From contig NC_045696.1 in NCBI RefSeq assembly GCF_009834535.1, positions 82,896,001-82,960,000 on the forward strand: a DNA stretch of 64,000 bases, in the 5' to 3' direction. A program made the position numbers and the translations under genes. A model generated the notes under the pieces. The model worked only from the letters and a program-made list of their open reading frames with translations. It was not told the origin of the DNA and searched no databases. This DNA comes from Camelus ferus. Lineage: Eukaryota. Shown here piece by piece: positions 54,266 through 64,000 of the stretch; position 1 is the first letter of the stretch, and each line of letters opens with the position of its first letter.

Positions 54266-57200
54266 CTCTGAACCATTATCAATGGTTACCTCTAGGACTG
54301 AAGTGGAAAAAGTAACTTTTTATAATGTACACTTTTATTTTAGTGCTTTCAACAATAATGAATTACTCTTGTGTTTAAAAAAAAAGTATTTCTTTTTGTA
54401 AGCATACCTCATGAGCAAGAGACTCCTGATTCTGAGAATTCACCCTAAGACATTAATTAGTGTTATACACCAATATTTGTATACATGGCTGTTCATTAAA
54501 CATGGATAACAATAAACAAATTTTATCAACATAAAAGTCAAACAAAAAAGACTCAGTGAGGTGAACTGTGCTATGCCGGCATGACCGTGGTTAAGTCCGT
54601 GGGTAGATAATCTCAGCATATTGTTAACTGAACAATCACAATGCAAATGGCTGGAGGCTATATACTGTAACATTTTATTGGGTAGTAGGATTATGGGTGA
54701 ATTTAATTTGTTTTCTTCTTTTTGCTTATCTAGATTTTTATATTATTTAAAAATTAACATGTTTTTAAATAAGAAAAACATAAAAACAAATGAAAACATT
54801 TCTTCCAAATTATTAAACAGTACAAAAGAAAACCAAATAGAGGTTTTGTCTGACAGAGCGACATATATGCTTCCAGATCGTCAACTGTGAGAGTGGGACG
54901 AGGCCCAACTGCTCACTAGGTAGGTGACAACAGTGAGATCTGGAAAGAATAATGATGGTTTTGTCCAAGGTCCAAAGTCATAGAGTTGATGTGGAGCCCA
55001 GACTCAAGTGTCTGCTTTCTGGGCCACTTCCCCGTGCCCCATCCTCAGGGTGTGGAGTGGGGTGTGGGCGGAGTGAGACGCAATCCTAGTGCTCCACGGG
55101 GGAGCTGGGGGCAAGGGTTTTCGTCACGCGTTCAGGGCTTAGAGTGCCTCAGAGTGTGCCCGAATCAGCACCGACACCATAAGCGCTGGACCCTATTTGA
55201 ACTTGGGTTTTTTTGTTCAACAGAAAGAAAAGAAAACACGTCTTTAAAGCAACAAAATCATTGTACTTATTATAAAAATAGAGTTACGGTGCCCATTTCC
55301 TGCATGTTGATTCGCGTTGCTTCACTTCAGTTTGGAGTTCTGACTACTCGGCAGAAGTGGGGCTCCTTTAACCAACCAGCTGCACGGTGTTGAGCTCTCA
55401 TAAGGAAGAAGGAAGTGATCTGAAGCAGCTTGTGTAAAAACCCTCCCCTAATCTGACATCTCAGAAGGCAAAGCTGACTTTTAATACTTTCTTTCTCTCT
55501 ATTATTTCCTTGCAGGAGAAAAATCTGGCTTCTTCCAATCATCTCTTGTAGGCAGCACCTCTCAATCAGGATAAATAATTCTGGAGAACAAAGAATCAGA
55601 GGTTACCCCCAAAAGAAGCAGAATTAACAAGGCTAGCAGAAAGCCAGCTAGTGCCGTGACCTTGTCAAAAAATATCTCCTCACCCTACCCTCACGACTGA
55701 AGTCATCCTGGTCTGTGACGGTCACACTCTCCTAACTTACTAATGGATTATTTGGGGGGGGGGGTGTAACATATTAAGTGATTTCATCTGGCATTATTTT
55801 GAATTAGTGGGTCTGATCCTTTCCTCCGTGGTAGCAAGCGGAGGCCATGGTTTTTGAAGAGGGCAGAGTAGGGTGAAAGCAGAAGGTAAGGGGACTAATT
55901 TGAAGCACTCTCCGCATGGGCGAGACAGGGCTTATGAAGCAGGGGACGATGGCAGCGACCTGGACCCGCTTCTGATGAAGCAGACCTGGGATGGGAGAAG
56001 GGGCCGTAAGGTGGAGAGATGAGTGCAGAATTTTGTTTAGTTGTCTTTGCTTTGTTTTTGTCAAGGATCAATTCTTTCATAAAAATTCACTTGCTAAAAG
56101 GCCCAAAGTAAGGATTAAGGTCTTCAACTGACAAATTTTTTTAAAATAACACAAGGATAAGTTGGAAAACTTGCTGAAGAACTTCTAATAAGCAGATCTA
56201 TGTGACAGTGTAAATAAGATTCAGTGAGCTCTGTGGCTTTGTAAACCTCTTTTGAGCAAAATACACAGGCTAATAGATAAAGATTTGAATTATTTCGCTC
56301 TGAAGTTCTTCAGCATGGTCTTTACAGATAAGCGCCCTTTTGCTAGTATTGCTGATTTAGTGTCTGCTGTTACCGCCACTGCTAAATGGGTCACATTTTC
56401 TTCAGTGTTTTTTCAGGTACTTAAAATCAGTAATTCCCTCTCCATGTTCTTCCAGTAAGTTCTAATACTTTGTAAAATTGACTAAGAAGTAGTAACCAGG
56501 TCATTTTGTTTATTTTTTCCTAAAATGCTGTCCAAAGATATTACAAAAAATAATTTTAGAAAGCGGAGTTCTTCTCCTTAACGTGTCCACACTTAGAAGG
56601 GTCCGGACTATCACATGGGCTTGATCTGAAAAGCAACAGCAACATGGGGAGGGCACAGAGGTGGAGTCAGAGACCTGGAATTTTCTCATTTTTGTCACAA
56701 ACTAGCAGTGTGACCTCCCGTGAGAACAGCTATTCCCGATTTTCACAATGTAGCTTTCAGCCACAATTTTTGCTCTATCTGTATACCACCTGAATAATTG
56801 TTTACTTAACATTTCTTTATCTTGATTTCTTTTTTGTACTTCGATAATTTTATTTTAAAAGAACATATAAATAGAAACCCACTTTTCATAAATATCACTT
56901 AATCATAAAAATAAATACAACGAAAAACTACAGCAATATTGTTAGATTCCAGCAAGATACTTGTAGTCGATGTGACTCCTTCCTGGGCCTGTGGAAAAGC
57001 ACATGTCCTGTTGGCGAGGTCCACGTGACTAGCTCTGTCTAGCAGACTGCAAGGGGAAGGCACACACAGTGCTCTTGCAACAGATAATTTAATTGACCAT
57101 GCACAGTTCCCTTCACTCCCATCCTCTGACGTGGCACAGAAGAAAATTCCAGGTTCCAGAGGATGCAGCTGTGAGACAGTAGTGCCCCAGCCCTGGTCTC

Positions 57201-58009
57201 TGAGTGATGATGGCACAGCCTTGTTTCCCTGCTGAACACCAACCCTTTAGGACATGAGCTGTGGATAGGAAATACACTTTTGTTCAGTTCAGGCACTGAG
57301 ACTTTGAGTGTGATTTTCACCCACAGCAGAACCTGACCAACTCTGATGAATACCACACTGTTGCCCACTAGGACTGTGGTCTCTGTCTACTTGCTTTTAA
57401 TTGAGAAAAGGGGAATGTCAGGAAGTGTTAGAAATGTGTTAGAGAAATACTAGCTTTAACTGGAGATTTTCTTCTCAGGTAGGATGAAAAATTAAAGAAT
57501 AATTAAAATGAGAACAATTTCTTAAAATATACTGGGCCAAATGTGAAAACTCATGATCCTCTGTTTCTTTATCAAGAAGATGATAGAAAATAATTGGTGA
57601 AGGTGGCAAATGCTCGGCATACAATCAAAACATTTTAATGGGTCTTTTTTTTAAGTTGTCTGATATTATACAATGTAACACAGAGTATTTTGAAGGGCAA
57701 ATATGTATTTAACATTGTTCTAGGCTCTGGAGGATACATGAAACAAAATGGTGTTTGGTTGGGGCAAGCCTCTCTGAGCTTGTGACATTCCTATACAGAC
57801 CTCGATGTTGGAAGGACGTCCTCCATGAATCATCTGGGTGAGCTGTGTAGAATTAGAGGGAGAAGAGTGTAAAGATACTCGGACACCCTGAGATGTGTGG
57901 TGAAAGAATGTAATCGGGCAAAGAGGTGAAGGAGTGTCCCATTTGGGTCAGGTTGTAGCAGAGAGCCTATCAGGACTCACTGATGGTTTGGCCTGTGGGG
58001 TATTCAAAT

Positions 58010-58270
58010 AGTACTCAAGCAATAATTACTATTTATTGAAACCTTGGTATGTATCAAGCACTGAGGATAATGCTTTCATTTTTTTAACTATCACAACAAT
58101 CCTGCCCATGAGATAGACAGTATTATTATTATTCCCATTTTATCATCTGGAAAACTGAAGCTAAAGAAGTTAAGAAACTTATCCAAGATTACAAAGTGGG
58201 TTAATAAAAGAACTGGGAACCCACTCAGCTGCATCTGTCCCCAAGGGCTGTGAACTCAGTCACTTTTCTC
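58010..58270. mobile_element. MIR SINE
   Basis: atttattgaa...tcacaacaatcctg...attattattcccatttta...aaactgaagctaaagaagttaagaaacttatccaagattaca. Confidence 0.8.
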
Positions 58271-59049
58271 TCCTAGTGATGAGGGAATGCTATTTCACCT
58301 TCCTGTTGATCAACCAGCAATTACATTTCTCTATATCAACTGTCTCCTGCTCCTTGTCTTTTGAATATTTGGGATATGATCATGAAGACAGCCTAAGATA
58401 GCTCCATGTGCTTAGAATACTGCCTGTGTAAACAGAACAGTTTACAGAGGAATGCAAGGGTTGAGGGTTGCATGAACAGTCCAGCTATGCAGAGTAGGAT
58501 GGATGCCACTTAACTTTGACCAATTACTCGCATATGTCTTAAGCATGAAAACTATTTGTTGGTTTCCTACAATTATCCATGGAACAGTGAGAGGTTCTGG
58601 GTCACTTCACGGTAGGTGGTTGCCTTCCAAACAAAGTCATTTCTGTGCATACATGGGTTTGTGTGAGTGTGGGGGGGTGGAGAGGGAAGGCAGAGGGGCA
58701 AGTGAAAAGACGGGTGGATTAGAAGTCGACTAGTGGGATGTGACACCATCCCGTTGGCTTTAAAGAGAATCTCAGTAAAATATGTTGTTGTAGCAAGAGA
58801 AAGCACAGTGCGAAAAAGTTCATGGCTTGAACCTGACACACTTGGATAAGGACTGTAGTTTTGTTATTAAACTAATGCAGGACCATGGGGAAAGAGCAGT
58901 AACTACCACGTAGTGGGGAAGAAGGTTGCATATGCAACACTTGGTGCATAATTCATATGCTACTATAATCCCTTCTGGCTTTTATCGTTTTAATTTTCAT
59001 TAGTAAGTTATTTCAGTCATCTTTTCTGCATAAGTAATATCTCCTCTTA

Positions 59050-60500
59050 AAAGGGAGCACAATAAGAAAATTAATTTTCTTTCTTCCCTTGCATCCCAGC
59101 AACCTCGTTCCCCTTCACAAATGCAAATCCTGTTTTACGATTCTTGTATATCTTTCCAGAAGACATGCATATTACTCCCTTTATTTCTCCCACAAATGGT
59201 AGCATACTATATGGATTCTTTGAACTTAATTTTTTCTTAGAAATAGTTGCATATAAATTTAAATAAAATTCCATTCTTTTTCTCCTCCTCTCCTGCCTCT
59301 CTTCCCCCTTTTCAGGTACATAATATTCCACTGTACCATAATTTGACTGATTGATAATCTCCTAATGAATGCTTAAGGGCATTTCTCATATTTTACTACT
59401 GGAAATATCATTTTAATGAATATCCTGGTAAAGAGTCATAGAATTACAAAGTCAAAAATTATAGGCATTAGATTAATCCCTAAAGACTTGTCACCAATTA
59501 ATATTCTCATCATTATTGTATGAGAGTTTGTTTCCCCATACCAACATAACGATCCAGTATCTTGGTCTTTGTCGATCTAAAAATGACAAAACATGGTGTC
59601 TTTCTTTCATTATGAGTGAGTTTGTGTGACTCTTTTGTTATGTTTAAAGACCATTAGTTTTTTGTTGGTGATGGTTTGTTTGTTCTTAGGTAAGGTATCT
59701 GTTTAGTTGTCTTTTCCTACTGTTTGCCTGTATTTCTCCAGAGTTATTTGTTTTGTTTTCAAAGGAGCTCTTTACTTAAGTAAACAGTCTTTTATTAGTG
59801 ATATTAATTTTAATTTTTAACTTCTCTTTTGAGGAGATTATTTTTTCAGTGAAGTTCATTGATCTTTTCTTTTTTCATTTGTGTATATGTAGAGAGAAGT
59901 TCCCCTCTCTGATTATTTTTAAATTATATTTTGTTTCACCAAAAGTTTGTTTTGTTGTATGGTATAAGGTGGAGATTATATTTAGTTTCCCAAACATAAT
60001 TTAATAATAATCGATTTTTTACATCTGATTTGAAATGCCACCTTTTCATATACTAGATTTCTATGCAAATTTTGTTTTATTTTGGGGGCTTTCACTCTTC
60101 CCACTAATCAATCTACGTATTGAGAAGCCAATAACAGACTATTATAATATAGCTTTTTAGAAGGTTTTATGGTAGTGTCAAATCTGTTCTCTACAATCAT
60201 GTAGGTTGCACATAATTCCTTCTCAGGGCCAGTTTTTATATAAACTACAGGGTTAGTGATGCCCACCGCCTCACCCCACTCTGGAATTGTTCAGTGCACA
60301 GTCCACAGAGCTAATGGGTCAATCCCATGCAGTTGTTTAACTTTTTCAAAATTTGCTGATCATTACCAGTTGTTTATTTTTTAAAGGAATTTTAGAATTA
60401 ACTCATATAGTTTTTAAAAAGTCTTATTGACTTACTTATTTCAACTGGGAGTCATTCAATTTGCTAATTAATTTAGGAAGAATTGACACCTCCCTGACAT
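59050..60500 (-). mobile_element. Ancient L1M fragments, antisense, possibly interrupted near 60180-60340
   Basis: T-rich decayed L1 text (cacaaatggtagcatactatat..., tgatttgaaatgccaccttttcatatacta). Confidence 0.6.
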
Positions 60501-60509
60501 AATACCAAA

Positions 60510-61565
60510 AAAACAAAATTAATTCCAGTTGAATTGTATACCTAGAAGAAAAAGCTAAACAACAAAAATTTGACATGACATACAGTTAGGATATCTTCAT
60601 GAATTTAATGTAAAATTTTTTTCTTAAATGGTATGCAAAAATTCTAGCCAAAAGGATAATTAGGTAGAACATTTTGTCTTCAGAATGTGTGATGGATTCA
60701 TGGTAATCCACACATCCCCTCCTAATCAATAAGAAAAAGATGGACAATCTCAATAGAAAAATAAGCAAGAGGCTTAGGTACTTCACAAAAGATGATATCT
60801 AAATATTCAACTTCCTCACAAATCAAGAAGTACCAATTAAAAAAAGACTTAATGTGATAGTCCTTCACACACATAAAATTAAAAAGACTGGCAATACCAA
60901 GTGTTGGTAAGACATAGAGAAATGGTAACTCTCACACATTGCTGGTGGGAGCATAAATTGGTACAACCTCTTTGGAAAAATTGCTCAAACATTACCTATG
61001 AAAACTGAATCTATGCTATGCCATATGCTCCAGCTACTCAACAGAAATATGTACACATCTGCACCATAATTCCCATCCAAAGGTCTTCACAGCAGCATCA
61101 TTCATAGTAGCTCCAAACTGTAACTGATTCAAGTATCCATCAGCAGTAGAATAAACAAATAGACCAATGACTCTGGTGTTTGTATATAAGAAAATAGTAC
61201 ATAGAATTAAAAATGAAAGACTGCAACTACATGAAACCACGTGGATAAATTTCACCAAATACAATTTTAAGTTAAAAAAAGCTAGATGCAAAAGAATACA
61301 TACTCTGTTATTTGATTTCTATAAAGTTAAAAAAAAACAGGTAATACTGTTCCATGATGGCAGTAGACAGGATAGTGAATCACTTCTGTAGAGAAAGGAG
61401 GGGTTAGTGATGTGGAGAGTGTAAAAAGGAACTTCTGGGTATGAATATGTTTTTTTCTTAACGTGGGTGATGGTTATTTGGGAGTGTCCACTGTGTTCAT
61501 TGAGTTCATTCATTCATTGAAGTAGCACTTATGATGTGTGCCCTTTTCTATTTGTGCATTAAAAT
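60510..61565 (+). mobile_element. Ancient L1M (L1ME-like) ORF2 end/3'UTR
   Basis: gactggcaataccaagtgttgg...ctctcacacattgctggtgggagcataaattggtacaacctctttggaaaa...cacagcagcatcattcatagtagctccaaactg. Confidence 0.8.
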
Positions 61566-62634
61566 ACATATATAAATATATACATATAGAGTTGTACCTT
61601 AATCTGCTTATTGTTTAGTTATTATCATGTGTACAAAATCAAATTATTAATAATATTTTTTAAAAAATCAGTTGGCCTCTTGTCTGATTCCCTTTTCCTG
61701 CTTTCAGATGCACACAATTTCCAGCCTTTTTAGGTGCTTAAATACTCATCTATAAATACCATTCTTTTATTGTTATTTATCAGTTGGTTCAGCTTTAGAT
61801 GCTATCCTCAGATTCCTGCTATGAAAAATAAGAATTGAACAGTCCTACATAATTCCTCCACACTCCTTCCCCTTATCTTGCCAGTATAGTTATATAACAA
61901 GTACCAGACAGCTCAAAATTAAGAGTTTAAAACTTATCATAATGAATGTATTTTAATATGATTCTTTAAATTTTATTCATAGCTGACCCATGCATTACAA
62001 TGCATTACATTTTATTTTGTATTAACTCTTATTTTCCTGGAAGTAACACTTGCCCTAAAATCTCTACGTATATCTAAACTTTTAAGATATGTTCTGATAG
62101 TTTTAACCACTGATATTTACTCTAATTTAATACATACATCTTATGTATTTCCTCTAATTTGTTTTTCATCATTTATTACACTCTGAATCCTTCAATGATT
62201 GTCGGTATTTTGAAGACTCCTCAGATGGTTTTATTAGTGCACAAACTCAACTCACTGTTCTCTGCAAAACAGGAAGTTTCCTCCATGGTTTGGTTCACAG
62301 CATCATCTAATAGAAACACCTGCCTGCACCTGAGTGGCCACATGGATTCTTTCACCAAGGCCCGTCAGTCCCTCCTCACTACGTTCTCCTGTGTCTGGTC
62401 CGTGCCTTCTTGCTCCTTTTTTTCTCACTGGCTCTACATTTTTTAATCCTCTTCATCTTTTGTCTTCTTTTGGCTGATCAAGTAGACTTCTGCCTGATTT
62501 CTCTGGTTCCAGTCTGTTCATATACCTATCAGCCCTTCGCACCATCAGCAACTTTATTTTTCAAATCACAAGCCTGATCGTATATTTTAAAGACATTTAT
62601 AATGCCATGCTAAAAAAAACCATGAGGTAGCATG

Positions 62635-63300
62635 GTAGGCTGGTTGCCAGTGAAGCCAACCATGTGATTAAAGGGTTGGAAATTTTAGTCGCACCCCTGT
62701 CTTTGGAGGATGAGAGAAGGGCTGGAGGCTGAATCAATCACCAGTGGCTGATGACTTAATCAATCATGCCTATGTAACGAAGCCTCCACAAAACCCCCAA
62801 GGCACAGGGTTTGGGGAGCCTCCAGGCTGGTGAACACGCCACGTGGGGGTTTGGGAGGAGTGGCTACTCAAAAAGGGCATGGAAGCCCTGCGCCCACGCT
62901 TTGCTCTGTGCGTCGCTTTCACCTGACTGCGCCCGAGTTACAGCCTTCTAGCAAACTGATGATCTAGTGAGGAAAATGTTTCTTTCAGTTCCATGAGCTG
63001 CTCTAGCCAATTAATGAAGCCTGAGGAAGGGGCGGTTGGACTCTCCGATCTATAATCAGTTGGTCAGGAGCACAGGCAACACGGACTTGCGACTAGCCTC
63101 TGAAGTGGGAGTGGGGAGCGCCCCTGTGGGACTGAGCGTCTAACCCCTGGGGCCTGATGCTCCTTCTGGGTAGACAGTGTCAGAGTTGAGCTGAATTGCA
63201 GGACGCCCAGTGGCTGTTGGGTTGGTGTGCCTTGCTTGGAAATGTAGGGAAACCTCCCCCTTCCTCTAAGCACACACACCGGAACTGGTGTTAGAATCCA
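62635..63300. mobile_element. MER21-like ERVL LTR
   Basis: ccatgtgattaaagggttggaa...aatcaatcatgcctatgtaacgaagcctccacaaaaccc...ctgggtagacagtgtcagagttgagctgaattgcaggacgcccag matches MER21 consensus text as I recall it. Confidence 0.75.
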
Positions 63301-63359
63301 TACTAGGTGATACATACCACCTACATATCTGTATGTATGAATAGGTATATACATAAATA

Positions 63360-63555
63360 TAAGTGAGTCAAAGGTTGCAGTAAACAGCACTTTCCTTTAA
63401 CTCATGCACTTCACTCTGATATTTTCTATTCTAGTCTATTCCATTCTATTCTATTTCTTCTTCTTTTTTTTTTTTTTAAGGTGCTGATCATGACCCACTA
63501 TAAGGATTTCATAACCACTTACGGATCTCATCTTCAGCATGATAAAAACTGAATC
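63360..63555. mobile_element. Probable hAT-Charlie DNA transposon end
   Basis: catgacccacta...gatttcataaccact...aaaaactg resembles Charlie-family terminal sequence. Confidence 0.4.
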
Positions 63556-63639
63556 TGGGGACAGTTATAATCGTCTATGGGAGAAGTGGTGGATATCTAT
63601 TAAAAACTAAGCATCTCCGAAGAACTGTCTGGAAGAATG

Positions 63640-64000
63640 AAGGGGAGGGACTGGCAGTCAATCGGGATTTAAGAAGTAGTGTCAATAGCACTTGGTGAAG
63701 GACTCGATATGGGACAGGAAGAAAAGCACACTCGAGTATAGCTCCCAGAGTTTTGTCTGGGGAACCAGGTAAAGGTAGTGCCATTTGCAGGAGTGAGGAA
63801 GGAGTGGGAGGGACATGCGTGAAAAGGGTGGAGAATGAATAACCCGTTCAATTTTGGCCACTTTAAACCTGAGGTGCATGAGAGATAAGAACTGCTCAAT
63901 GGATAGAATTGTCTGGATATAGGAAAATGGGTCTGAGACCCACTGAGGTAAGTTATAGATTTGGAACTAAAAATCTATATGACGGGGGAGAATGTAGAAT
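63640..64000. mobile_element. L2 LINE fragment (runs off the window end)
   Basis: ctcccagagttttgtctgggga...gtagtgccattt...ttcaattttggcca...tatagatttgga. Confidence 0.6.

Noticed and set aside
54986..55393. 135-aa downstream ORF in a mildly GC-rich patch
   Set aside because: No domain similarity, splice structure or promoter evidence visible

Overview
Mammalian genomic DNA, not prokaryotic. It holds the 3' ~46 kb of MECOM (EVI1/PRDM3) on the + strand, followed by ~15 kb of repeat-rich intergenic sequence. Fourteen GT-AG coding exons can be placed base-exactly between 2367 and 47336. Spliced from the EVI1 ATG at 2421 they give 3156 nt, i.e. 1051 aa plus stop, with no frameshift or internal stop: 7 N-terminal zinc fingers, PFDLT/PLDLS CtBP motifs, the 27-nt FQLPDQRTW microexon, 3 C-terminal fingers and an acidic tail. 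The upstream MDS1/PR-domain exons and promoters lie outside the window. A ~1.45 kb 3'UTR ends near AATAAA at 48774. The repeats (MIR, L2, old L1M, MER21-like LTR, artiodactyl-style L1 3' ends, and no primate, rodent, ruminant or carnivore SINEs that I could recognise) suggest a cetartiodactyl, possibly a camelid (inference). I found no new gene or novel multi-gene system. The best leads are: loss of the S858 SQ (ATM-site) motif, candidate poison exons, tandem splice sites, a perfect 18-bp intronic palindrome, repeated FOX:ETS motifs and a 3'UTR G-quadruplex. Repeat families were called by eye and their boundaries are approximate. Comparisons with human EVI1 are from memory.
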